A DNA stretch of 13,483 nt from Candidatus Heimdallarchaeota archaeon (GCA_019057635.1 DXJL01000076.1:1-13483); one strand, 5' to 3'; positions 1 to 8,714 are shown, counted from the stretch's first letter. Made by a program: numbers and translations. Notes: generated from the sequence alone by a model not told the origin.

Positions 1-285
1 ATTATAGATGCGGAAGAAGCACACAGAATAGGCCTTGTCAATCAAGTATTCTCCTTAGAATCTTATGAGCAAGATGTATCTACATTTCTTGAAAGATTTA
101 ACAAATTAAGTGCTATTGTATTACAATATTCTAAAAAGGCCATTAAATTAGGAATATCTGACTTTGAGACCAAGTTAGACGAAGTAGAAACTCTTTATCT
201 CAAAGAACTTATGGCAACAACTGATGCGAATGAGGGTTTACAAGCTTTTATTGAGAAACGTCCGCCTCAATGGCAGAATCGATAA
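1..285 (+). CDS. dch: Enoyl-CoA hydratase (crotonase) C-terminal fragment, probably cyclohexa-1,5-diene-1-carbonyl-CoA hydratase (5' truncated by window)
   Basis: Frame 1 is open from base 1 to TAA 283-285: IIDAEEAHRIGLVNQVF...LYLKELMATTDANEGLQAFIEKRPPQWQNR. This is a typical crotonase C-terminus. The LYLxELM..DA.EGL segment and the position directly before had, in a cluster with oah, suggest Dch. Not in the ORF track. Confidence 0.75.
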   Translation: MIDAEEAHRIGLVNQVFSLESYEQDVSTFLERFNKLSAIVLQYSKKAIKLGISDFETKLDEVETLYLKELMATTDANEGLQAFIEKRPPQWQNR

Positions 286-352
286 TTATCACTAATTTGA
301 GAGATTAGGGAATTTAAACCGAATAATTATAAGAATACTGGAAGAAATTAAT

Positions 353-1399
353 ATGAGAGCTGCTGTTTTTGAAGAAGTAAAATCACCATTAATAATCAAG
401 GACGATTATCCTAGTCCGAAAATCAATGAATTACAAGGGCAAGTACTCATAAATATTGTAGCATGTGGAGTTTGTCATACTGATTTAGGATTTCTAGATC
501 ATGGTGTACCCACAGGTAAATCTCCACCATTAATTTTAGGGCACGAAATGGCTGGACGAGTACATGATATCAGTGGAGATGTTGCAAATTTCAAGGAAGG
601 AGACCAGGTTCTTATTCCCGCGGTCACCTCTTGCGGTACCTGTTTCCATTGTAGGACTGGACGGGAAAACATATGTTCGAATCAAGTTTTTTTCGGAAGT
701 AATGTTGATGGAGGGTTCGCAGAACAGATTATGGTTCCAGCGAAAGACATTTTCCATCTTCCAGCAGATATACCTTTGGAGGAAGGATGTATTATAGCTG
801 ATGCAATATCTACTCCATATCATGCAGTCAAAAATAGAGGTCAAGTCAGACCAGGTGATTGGGCTGTTGTTTTTGGGTGTGGTGGGATAGGACTCAACGT
901 GGTCCAGAATATTAAAGCTGCAGGTGGATTACCCATCGCAGTTGATATTGTCCCCAAAAAACTAGATATTGCTAAAAAACTTGGAGCTGTTAAAACAATT
1001 TCAGCAAAGGAATTAGATGACCGTGGTATAGTAGGAGCAATCCGAAAAGCTACAGGCGGAGGTGCAGACATTGCTTTTGAAGCGATTGGAAATCCTATGA
1101 CATTTAAGCAAGCATTTAATAGCTTACGAACTGGTGGAAGATTAGTTGCTGTAGGTTATTCTCCAAAACGATGGGATGGCTTTGATATTGGTCGTGTGAT
1201 GTTTCGTGAAATGGAAATAATGGGAAGTTTGGGTTGTCGCACCGTAGATTACCCACGTATTATAGAATTAGTTAAAAATGGTACACTTGTGGTTAAACCA
1301 CTTGTAACAGGAAAATATCCCCTTTCCGAAATAAATGAAGGATTTGATGTCATGCGACGAGGTGAAGGAGTACGAACTGTTATTTTATGTCAAGAATAA
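353..1399 (+). CDS. had: Zn-dependent medium-chain dehydrogenase, probably 6-hydroxycyclohex-1-ene-1-carbonyl-CoA dehydrogenase (Had/BamQ-like)
   Basis: GVCHTD and GHE catalytic Zn motifs, structural Zn CGTCFHCRTGRENIC, Rossmann GCGGIG and an Asp (VD) indicating NAD. The specific call comes from its position after dch and near oah. Confidence 0.8.
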   Translation: MRAAVFEEVKSPLIIKDDYPSPKINELQGQVLINIVACGVCHTDLGFLDHGVPTGKSPPLILGHEMAGRVHDISGDVANFKEGDQVLIPAVTSCGTCFHCRTGRENICSNQVFFGSNVDGGFAEQIMVPAKDIFHLPADIPLEEGCIIADAISTPYHAVKNRGQVRPGDWAVVFGCGGIGLNVVQNIKAAGGLPIAVDIVPKKLDIAKKLGAVKTISAKELDDRGIVGAIRKATGGGADIAFEAIGNPMTFKQAFNSLRTGGRLVAVGYSPKRWDGFDIGRVMFREMEIMGSLGCRTVDYPRIIELVKNGTLVVKPLVTGKYPLSEINEGFDVMRRGEGVRTVILCQE

Positions 1400-1494
1400 T
1401 ATAGAGAAGTTCGATGGTGTATTTGAAGAGAGGTTTCTTAGGGAAACTCATAAAAATGCATACTAGATAATACTTCTCTTCGGATTGAAAGAAA

Positions 1495-2637
1495 ATGAAA
1501 ATTGGCATTGTTGGTATTGGTCATAGCAAGTTTGGAAGACGTGATGATGTAACAGTTCAAGAACTTGCATTTGAGCCATTTGTTGAAGCGCTTAATGACT
1601 CAGGACTTCAGCGAGAAGAGATTGACGCTACAATTATTGGGGCCTCTCCCGTTTATATGACCCAAAGAAGTATCGCAGGCCCAGTCACAGAATATTTGGG
1701 ATTAAATCCGCAACCTGTTTGGTTGACTGAAGCTGCTTGTAGTAGTTCCGCATCAGCTCTAAGAACCGCATATGCATTAATTAAATCTAAAATGCATGAT
1801 ACTGTCTTAGTTCTTGGTGTTCAAAAAATGTTAGAAAATCCAACATCAGAAATTCTAAAGATTATGGGACGAACGGGAGATGTTCAATGGGAAGCTCCCT
1901 ATGGAACAACCTTTGCCAATTATTATGCAATGTATGCAAATGCTCATATGACAAAATATGGAACAACCTCGGAACAGCTTGCTAAAGTTGCAGTAAAAAA
2001 TCACTTTTATGGGTCGAAGAATAGTAAAGCTATGTTCCAAAAAGAAATTACGGTTGATAAAGTTCTTGAATCACGGATTATTTCTTCACCTTTACATCTT
2101 TATGATTGCTGTGCGAATGCAGATGGTTCAGCAGCTCTGATAGTTTCGAATGAGGAAATATCCAAAAAAATATCTGATACTCCTATATGGGTTGAAGGTT
2201 TAGGTGCAGCAACAGCTCCGTTTTCCCTTCTCACTCGAGCCGAACTGAGTACCTTATCCAGTGCCGTTGAGGCCTCACGGTCCGCGTATACGCAGGCAAA
2301 GATTGATCCAACAAATATTGATGTAGCAGAAGTTCATGATTGTTTCACTATAGCAGAAATCATGGCCTACGAAGATTTAGGTTTTACAGAGCGAGGTAAA
2401 GGTGGAGAGTTTGTGGAGAATACTTACATTGGTGGTAAAGTGCCAATCAATGTCGATGGAGGCCTTAAAGCAAAAGGACATCCAGTGGGAGCCACAGGGT
2501 GTTCACAAGTCGTTGGAATTGTCCAACAACTTCGTGGAGAAGCAGGACAATGCCAAGTGGATGGAGCAGAGAAGGGTTTAACCCACAATGTTGGTGGCCA
2601 TGGCCAGTATTGTCTCGTCCATGTCTTTTCGAGGTGA
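1495..2637 (+). CDS. SCP2-type/archaeal acetyl-CoA acyltransferase (thiolase)
   Basis: EAAC(SS) nucleophile Cys, EVHDCF, GGLKAKGHPVGATG and C-terminal HNVGG motifs. It is immediately followed by a DUF35 partner gene. Confidence 0.9.
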   Translation: MKIGIVGIGHSKFGRRDDVTVQELAFEPFVEALNDSGLQREEIDATIIGASPVYMTQRSIAGPVTEYLGLNPQPVWLTEAACSSSASALRTAYALIKSKMHDTVLVLGVQKMLENPTSEILKIMGRTGDVQWEAPYGTTFANYYAMYANAHMTKYGTTSEQLAKVAVKNHFYGSKNSKAMFQKEITVDKVLESRIISSPLHLYDCCANADGSAALIVSNEEISKKISDTPIWVEGLGAATAPFSLLTRAELSTLSSAVEASRSAYTQAKIDPTNIDVAEVHDCFTIAEIMAYEDLGFTERGKGGEFVENTYIGGKVPINVDGGLKAKGHPVGATGCSQVVGIVQQLRGEAGQCQVDGAEKGLTHNVGGHGQYCLVHVFSR

Positions 2638-2641
2638 AATG

Positions 2642-3853
2642 ATGAAGCAATTTGGATATCGCGATTATATCTCCCAATCCAAGGTAGGAGCACAGCTTTT
2701 AACGTCTTTAAAAGAGGGAAAATTAGAGGGAACTCAATGTACAAAATGTAATATTTCTTATTATCCCCCTAGAGCCTATTGTCGTGAATGTTTATCCGAT
2801 GGATATATAATCGGTTTTATTTTTTCAGGTAAAGGAACGATACTATCTTTTTCAGAAGTTCACGTTCCTCCCGCAGGTTTTGAACGTTTTACTCCATACA
2901 CAGTTTGTATCGTGGAATTAGATGAAGGAGGCCGACTTGTGGGTTGGATTGATCCTGGATCCCAATCTTTGAAAATTGGAGACAAAGTTAGAGTAAAGCC
3001 TGAAGTGATTGAGGGAGATCGTGTAGTTTACAAAATTACAAGAGGATCGTCTCCAGATGTCGATATAAAGGCTGAAAAAATAGCTCAAAATCTTGTAACA
3101 GGGAGTAACAAACTTCAGGGTAAGGTTGCAATAATAACTGGAGCAGGTAAGGGGATCGGGCGTGAAATCGCCTTAAAATATGCTCGAGAAGGAGCAATAG
3201 TTGTTGTAGCAGCTAGAACGCTCAGTGATATCGAAACAGTCGCAAAGGAAATCAAACAATCTGGAGGAGAAGCAACTCCTATCAAATGCGATGTTGGAAA
3301 TGTAAAAAGTGTTCAACAATTAATTGAGAAGACCTTAGAGAGATATGAAACATTTGACATCCTTGTGAACAACGCAGGAATTTCTAAAAGTGCCCTGATT
3401 AGTAAAATGACTGATGATCTATGGAATTCAGTTATTAATGTGAATTTGAAGGGTACATTCAATTGTATTCGTGCAGTTATTCCTCATTTCTCAACGAAAC
3501 GACCTCTTGGAGGGAAAATTATTAACTTTACGTCAACTGCAGCAAAATACGGTAACGTGGGTCAAAGTGCTTATAGTGCATCAAAATGGGGTGTTATTGC
3601 GCTTTCTAAATCTGCTGCACGCGAACTAGCCACTTACAAAGTGAATGTAAATTGTATCATGCCTGGTTATATAGAAACGGCGATGACAGCAGACACTCCG
3701 TCTGTTTATAAGGAACAGACTATAGCTCAAATTCCTCAAATGCGTATTGGTTACCCCGAAGACGTAGCGAAGGTTGCTGTATTTCTAGCCTCTTCTGATT
3801 CGGATTATATGACGGGTTCAATCCTTCAGGTCGACGGTGGATTAAGGATGTAA
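2642..3853 (+). CDS. Fusion of DUF35 (Zn-ribbon + OB-fold, thiolase partner) and FabG/PhaB-like 3-oxoacyl-CoA reductase (SDR)
   Basis: The N-terminus has CTKC...YYPPRAYCREC and an OB-fold (GKGTILSFSEVH..PYTVCIVELDEG..IGDKV). From ~3110 an SDR follows (TGAGKGIG, NNAG, YSASK, PGYIET, VDGG), with no stop between domains. Start moved from 2588 to ATG 2642 (2639 also possible) because SD GAGGTG at 2631-2636 overlaps the thiolase stop. Confidence 0.88.
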   Translation: MKQFGYRDYISQSKVGAQLLTSLKEGKLEGTQCTKCNISYYPPRAYCRECLSDGYIIGFIFSGKGTILSFSEVHVPPAGFERFTPYTVCIVELDEGGRLVGWIDPGSQSLKIGDKVRVKPEVIEGDRVVYKITRGSSPDVDIKAEKIAQNLVTGSNKLQGKVAIITGAGKGIGREIALKYAREGAIVVVAARTLSDIETVAKEIKQSGGEATPIKCDVGNVKSVQQLIEKTLERYETFDILVNNAGISKSALISKMTDDLWNSVINVNLKGTFNCIRAVIPHFSTKRPLGGKIINFTSTAAKYGNVGQSAYSASKWGVIALSKSAARELATYKVNVNCIMPGYIETAMTADTPSVYKEQTIAQIPQMRIGYPEDVAKVAVFLASSDSDYMTGSILQVDGGLRM

Positions 3854-3896
3854 CTAGCTTTAAGTTTTCAGAAGAAAGACGATTTAATGAATTTCT

Positions 3897-5096
3897 CTAT
3901 TGATCTGGAGTATATGGAGGAAGTTCATATCTTAACTTAGCAGATTTTCGGTATCCTAGAATGTATGACCCTTGGATTAATTTTTGAATTTCATTAGTTC
4001 CTTCAAGAATCGTATTAGCGCGTGCATTTCTCCAGTATCTTTCAACTGGAAAGTCTCCACTATAACCCATTGCACCATGGATTTGGATTGCACGATTCGC
4101 AGCATCAGACGCATGATTTGTAGCTTGCCATTTTGCCATAGCTGTTTCTCTAGTATTTCTAATTCCTTGGTTCTTTAACCACGCGGCTTTATAGACTAAT
4201 AACTGAGATTGATCATAGCCAGCCTGCATATAGGCGATATGTTCCTGTATTAATTGTAATTTTCCAATCTCTTGACCAAATGCTTTGCGTTCACGAGAAT
4301 ATTTCACAGCTGCTTCAATACTGGCTCTTATAACACCGCAAGCACCAGCTGCAACTGTAAATCGACCACTATCTAAGGCTGTCATGGCTATTTTGAATCC
4401 TTCTTGCTCCTTCCCAAGGAGATTTTCAGTAGGGATTCTAACATCCTGAAGGATAATTTCACCAGTATCACCTGTTCTAATCCCTAATTTATCATGAAAC
4501 GAACTCGTAGAAAGACCTGGCAATTCTTTTTCTACAATGAAAGCAGAAATACCTTTATATCCCTTTTCCTTCCCTAATCGAGCAAAAATTAAGAAATGAT
4601 CTGCTACATCAACTAAACTAATCCATTGTTTTGCTCCTTTCAGAACAAACTCATCTCCTTCTCTTACTGCTTTTGTTTGTAGGTTTGCAACGTCTGATCC
4701 ACACCCAGGTTCCGTTAATCCATAGGCTCCGATTTTAGTACCTTTTCCTTGGGGTAATAAATATTTCTCTTTTTGTTCTTCTGTTCCCCATTGGTACATT
4801 GTTAAACACGACAAAGCTGTATGGACTGACATTATTACCCTTAACGAGGTATCTACTCGTTCTAATTCTTCACATGCAAGAGCTAAGGCTATATAATCAA
4901 GGCCTGCGCCTCCCCACTTCTCTGGAATACATACTCCAAGTATCCCCAATTTTCCCATAATTGGAAGTACTTTTTTATATACAGATTTTTGTTGTTTATC
5001 ATAATCACTAATAATTGGTGAGACTTCACGCTCTGCAAAGTCTCGTACACTATCACGTAGCATAATATGTTCTTCTGAAAGTGAAAAATCGATCAT
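3897..5096 (-). CDS. Acyl-CoA dehydrogenase, glutaryl-CoA dehydrogenase-like (possibly non-decarboxylating type)
   Basis: ACAD motifs GLTEPGCGSD, KQWIS, R..FG..I, QIHGAMGY and ILEGTNEIQ (catalytic Glu). The SLRV Arg lies where glutaryl-CoA dehydrogenases bind the substrate carboxylate. Start set at ATG 5096 (MIDF) after SD GGTGA; the ORF track start is 5111. The family is secure, the substrate less so. Confidence 0.85.
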   Translation of the reverse strand: MIDFSLSEEHIMLRDSVRDFAEREVSPIISDYDKQQKSVYKKVLPIMGKLGILGVCIPEKWGGAGLDYIALALACEELERVDTSLRVIMSVHTALSCLTMYQWGTEEQKEKYLLPQGKGTKIGAYGLTEPGCGSDVANLQTKAVREGDEFVLKGAKQWISLVDVADHFLIFARLGKEKGYKGISAFIVEKELPGLSTSSFHDKLGIRTGDTGEIILQDVRIPTENLLGKEQEGFKIAMTALDSGRFTVAAGACGVIRASIEAAVKYSRERKAFGQEIGKLQLIQEHIAYMQAGYDQSQLLVYKAAWLKNQGIRNTRETAMAKWQATNHASDAANRAIQIHGAMGYSGDFPVERYWRNARANTILEGTNEIQKLIQGSYILGYRKSAKLRYELPPYTPDQ

Positions 5097-5259
5097 ATAG
5101 TCACCATCCATGTTTTTTATTTGATTATTTGAGCTGTTATAGGGAATTTTCGTTTCTATTTAGAGTGGTTGAGTTGGATTGTTATAGTAATATAATTTTT
5201 ATGATGAACTAAAGAGCGTGTTTACTATCACGATCAGATTTAATAGAAGGATATATGCT

Positions 5260-6369
5260 TTGAAAGATCATAATCTTTGGAAAGAGGAATATTTTGGAAC
5301 GGATCCTCCGAATATAACGTATGAGCTAAAGCCACTGGTCAATCCAAACGGTGACAAGGTGGATGACCTGTTTTCAGCATGGATTATACTCAATAATCCC
5401 AAACAACTAAATTCTTATACAACAAGAATGGTGAAAGGAGTAATAGCAGGTTTTTCTCGCGCATCAATGGATCGTAATGTTGTTACAGTTGTTTTTACAG
5501 GTGCAGGTGACCGTGCATTTTGTACAGGAGGTAATACAAAAGAATACGCAGAATACTATTCTGGGAAACCCAACGAATACGGACTCTATATGGATTTGTT
5601 TAATGCGATGGTAGATGCTATCCTGAACTGTAAAAAACCTGTTTTATGTCGGACCAATGGAATGCGAGTTGCAGGAGGACAGGAAATAGGTATGGCCGCT
5701 GATATTACTATTTCAGCTGATACAGCTATATATGGGCAAGCTGGTCCTCGTCATGGATCTGCTCCGGACGGTGGCTCAACTGATTTTCTTCCATGGATGC
5801 TTTCTATTGAAGATGCGATGTGGAACTGCATTTCCTGTGAGTTATGGAGTGCCTATAAAGTGAAACAATTAGGAATGATAACAGAAGTCGTTCCTGTGCT
5901 ACAACGAGATGGACAATTCATACGAAATCCCACCGTTATAACTGACAAATATATTCAAGATGGAGAAATCGTTTATGGGGAATTTCTCTCGGGAAAGGAA
6001 TATAAAGATGCAAGAGAGGTTTTGAAAAGCTGTGAAACTGACTTTTCGCTTCTTGATAAAGCAATTGATAACTTAATTTGGAAGTTCGCAAATCTATTCC
6101 CTGGATGTCTAATGAAATCCATCGATGGAATACGTATGAAGAAAAAATTCTTTTGGGATCAAACTAAACTTGCCAATCGTCATTGGTTATCAGCTAATAT
6201 GGCTACTGAAGCGTTATTAGGTTTTCGAACATTTAATGAAAGAAAGTTAACCGGTAAAGATACTATTGACTTTATTAAATATCGCCAGTTAATTGCTAAC
6301 GCACACCCATTTGATCAAAAGCTCATTGATACAGTATTGCCAAAACCATTACAAAATGAGGATTCTTAA
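5260..6369 (+). CDS. oah: 6-oxocyclohex-1-ene-1-carbonyl-CoA hydrolase (ring-opening, Oah/BamA)
   Basis: Diagnostic segments NPKQLNSYTT, AFCTGGNTKEYAEYY, NGMRVAGGQEIGMAAD and GQAGPRHGSAPDGGSTDFLP match my recollection of Oah/BamA. Likely start is TTG 5260 (LKDHNL) after AGAAGGA; the ORF is open from GTG 5218. Confidence 0.93.
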   Translation: MKDHNLWKEEYFGTDPPNITYELKPLVNPNGDKVDDLFSAWIILNNPKQLNSYTTRMVKGVIAGFSRASMDRNVVTVVFTGAGDRAFCTGGNTKEYAEYYSGKPNEYGLYMDLFNAMVDAILNCKKPVLCRTNGMRVAGGQEIGMAADITISADTAIYGQAGPRHGSAPDGGSTDFLPWMLSIEDAMWNCISCELWSAYKVKQLGMITEVVPVLQRDGQFIRNPTVITDKYIQDGEIVYGEFLSGKEYKDAREVLKSCETDFSLLDKAIDNLIWKFANLFPGCLMKSIDGIRMKKKFFWDQTKLANRHWLSANMATEALLGFRTFNERKLTGKDTIDFIKYRQLIANAHPFDQKLIDTVLPKPLQNEDS

Positions 6370-7577
6370 TGCAATTCTCAAAAACTTTCATTCCCTATGG
6401 CTGCTATTGGAGCTCTCCCTTTGTCCGTTGGCAAGGGAACTTTGCTAACCAGAACTCGATACAACTCGCTGCGGAAGTAACTACTCTAGCTTTAAATAAA
6501 TGCAATGTTCAACCAGATATCTTCAATTCAATATATTTGGGGATTACTATTCCTCAGAAACATAGTTTTTATGGCCAAAACTGGTTATCTGGTCTTCTAG
6601 GAGCTCCCAATATCACGGGACCTATGATTGCGCAAGCATGTGCCACTTCTACACGAGTGATTGCCAACGCAGCCTCTGAAATCGAAACCCAAGGCCATCC
6701 CAATCATACTGTACTGACCATTACTTGTGATCGAACAAGCAATGGTCCTCATATCCTCTATCCTGCTCCTTTAGCACCTGGTGGAAAGCCTGATACTGAA
6801 AACTGGGTCTGGGATAATTTTGGTTATGATCCTTATGCAAAAAATCCAATGATACAAACGGCAGAAAATGTATCGAAAGATGCAGGAATAACACGAGAAG
6901 CCCAAGAGGAAGCTACATTACTCCGATACAAACAATATGACCAAGCATTAAAGAATGATGCAGAATTTCTCAGAAAATTTATGATCTCACCCATTGAGGT
7001 GAAGTCGGGAAGAAAAATTATTGCTACTGTTGAAAAGGATGAAGGAATTTACCCTACATCGGTAGAAGGATTAGCTAAACTAAAACCTGTTTTGAAAGAT
7101 GGTTCCGTTACTTTTGGAACACAAACTCATCCCGCAGATGGAAATTGTGGACTGGTTCTTACGACTCAAGAAAAAGCAAATGAGATTTCTCTAAATCCAG
7201 ATTATGAAATTCAGATCCTCTCTTTTGGTCAGGCTCGCAGTAAGAAAGGATATATGCCCATGGCACCAGTGCCTGCATCCCAAAATGCACTTGAATCTGC
7301 AAAACTCTCAGTTAGGGATATTGCTGCAACCAAGTTACATAATCCTTTTTCAGTAAATGATGTCTATTTCAGTGAGGAAATGGGAATCTCACTTGCCTCA
7401 ATAAATAACTATGGTTCATCACTTGTATGGGGGCATCCTCAAGCCCCAACTGGAATGCGTTTACTCATTGAACTAATCGAGGAACTGGTGATAAAGAAAG
7501 GGGGTCACGGTCTTTTTACAGGCTGTTCTGCAGGTGATTCTGCAGCAGCAATAGTCATCAAAGTTAATTCGGTTTAA
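6369..7577 (+). CDS. Thiolase, probably 3-oxopimeloyl-CoA thiolase (BamN-like) of the benzoyl-CoA pathway
   Basis: QACATS nucleophile, HNPF in place of NEAF, WGHPQAPTG and GCSAGD. It is translationally coupled to oah through a TAATG overlap at 6367-6371. Confidence 0.82.
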   Translation: MQFSKTFIPYGCYWSSPFVRWQGNFANQNSIQLAAEVTTLALNKCNVQPDIFNSIYLGITIPQKHSFYGQNWLSGLLGAPNITGPMIAQACATSTRVIANAASEIETQGHPNHTVLTITCDRTSNGPHILYPAPLAPGGKPDTENWVWDNFGYDPYAKNPMIQTAENVSKDAGITREAQEEATLLRYKQYDQALKNDAEFLRKFMISPIEVKSGRKIIATVEKDEGIYPTSVEGLAKLKPVLKDGSVTFGTQTHPADGNCGLVLTTQEKANEISLNPDYEIQILSFGQARSKKGYMPMAPVPASQNALESAKLSVRDIAATKLHNPFSVNDVYFSEEMGISLASINNYGSSLVWGHPQAPTGMRLLIELIEELVIKKGGHGLFTGCSAGDSAAAIVIKVNSV

Positions 7578-7581
7578 ATTG

Positions 7582-7615
7582 AAAAAAAACTGGCAGTAAT
7601 AAAGCCATTACTGCC
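7582..7615 (-). terminator. Hairpin plus T-tract terminator between convergent genes
   Basis: Perfect 9-bp stem GGCAGTAAT (7592-7600)/ATTACTGCC (7607-7615) with a 6-nt loop. A8 at 7582-7589 reads as a U-tract 3' of the stem on the minus strand. Confidence 0.7.
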
Positions 7616-7633
7616 TTAAACTTTTCAAAAATA

Positions 7634-8524
7634 TCAGAAAGACCGAGGCGTCGGAGGATTCGTAGAATAATCGTAAAATCCAATTCCTGACTTTCTTCCA
7701 AGATGATTTGCACGTACCATTTTTCGAAGTAGGGTGGGAACTCGGTACTTAGAATCTTGAAACTCGGTAACGAAATAATCAGCTATAAAAAGTGTTGTAT
7801 CTAGACCTACAAAATCCAACAAAGTAAATGGGCCCATAGGATGATTTAAACCTAAAGTTATTGCTTTATCCATATCCTCAACCGTGGTTACTCCTTCTTG
7901 TAATGCAAATATTGCCTCAATGAAGAATGGTAACAGGAGACGATTTACTGCGAACCCAGGTGCTTCATTAACGAGTACAGTTTCCTTTCCTAATTTCTGG
8001 GAAAGCTCATCAATGATCTGATATGTCTCATCCGAAGTTTCATATCCTTTAATTATTTCAACCAACCGCATTACTGGTACAGGATTGAAAAAATGCATAC
8101 CAATGAACTTATCTGGACGTTTTGTGGCTGCAGCCATGTCTGTAATAGATATAGATGATGTATTAGAGGCAAAAACCACATTTGAATCACAGATTTCTTC
8201 CAATTCTGCATAAACTTTTCGTTTTAAGCTCCTATTTTCAATTATCGCCTCAATAACCACATCAGCTCCTTCAGTTGCTTCTTTCAAATCGGTAGTTCCT
8301 TTTATTCTTGCCAGAATCTCGTTCATTTGATCTTGAGTCATTTTTCCTTTTTTAACCCCACGTGACAAGTTTTTATTAATCATAGACAGACCTTTCTCTA
8401 TAAAATTATCTTCAATATCCCTCATGGCAACTTGATACCCAGCTTGAGCACAGACTTGAGCTATACCATTACCCATTAATCCTGCTCCTATAACACATAT
8501 TTTTTTCACATTCTCAATCTTCAT
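7634..8524 (-). CDS. hbd: NAD-dependent 3-hydroxyacyl-CoA (3-hydroxybutyryl-CoA-type) dehydrogenase
   Basis: GAGLMGNGIA, EAIIEN, SNTSS, GMHFFNPVPVMRLVE, PGFAVNR, HPMGP, DFVGLD and GRKSG motifs. Start moved to ATG 8524 (MKIENV) after a GGTG SD; the 20 extra upstream codons in the ORF track look non-coding. Confidence 0.9.
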   Translation of the reverse strand: MKIENVKKICVIGAGLMGNGIAQVCAQAGYQVAMRDIEDNFIEKGLSMINKNLSRGVKKGKMTQDQMNEILARIKGTTDLKEATEGADVVIEAIIENRSLKRKVYAELEEICDSNVVFASNTSSISITDMAAATKRPDKFIGMHFFNPVPVMRLVEIIKGYETSDETYQIIDELSQKLGKETVLVNEAPGFAVNRLLLPFFIEAIFALQEGVTTVEDMDKAITLGLNHPMGPFTLLDFVGLDTTLFIADYFVTEFQDSKYRVPTLLRKMVRANHLGRKSGIGFYDYSTNPPTPRSF

Positions 8525-8618
8525 TTGATGAACACCGTTTAATATAATGATGGTAGAAAGTAATAATTCATTATAGTAGAGCATTTTTAGAATTTTTGTT
8601 TATTTTAAGCTCGAAAGG

Positions 8619-8627
8619 AAAAAAAAA
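8619..8627 (-). terminator. Possible oligo-T terminator downstream of the CoA ligase
   Basis: A9 run on the plus strand (T9 on minus) about 90 nt after the ligase stop. Archaeal terminators are often oligo-T, but the AT-rich background weakens this. Confidence 0.3.
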
Positions 8628-8714
8628 GTGTGATAAATTCATAATCACAAGAAATACGAATTTATAATACACTAAACCTAAGGTAACATCAAGAAGAATC
8701 AAGGTACACATAAA

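Noticed and set aside
536-1071. ORFs 536-844(-), 564-797(+) and 841-1071(-)
   Set aside because: They lie wholly inside the well-supported had gene and have no recognisable motifs; shadow ORFs.
2588-2641. ORF-track start at 2588 for the DUF35-SDR fusion
   Set aside because: It would overlap the thiolase by 50 nt. A strong SD (GAGGTG) points to ATG 2642/2639.
1855-2744. ORFs 1855-2040(-), 2424-2744(-) and 2465-2677(-)
   Set aside because: Antisense to the thiolase and DUF35 genes, with no protein-family features.
3984-4178. 64-aa plus-strand ORF
   Set aside because: Antisense shadow inside the acyl-CoA dehydrogenase.
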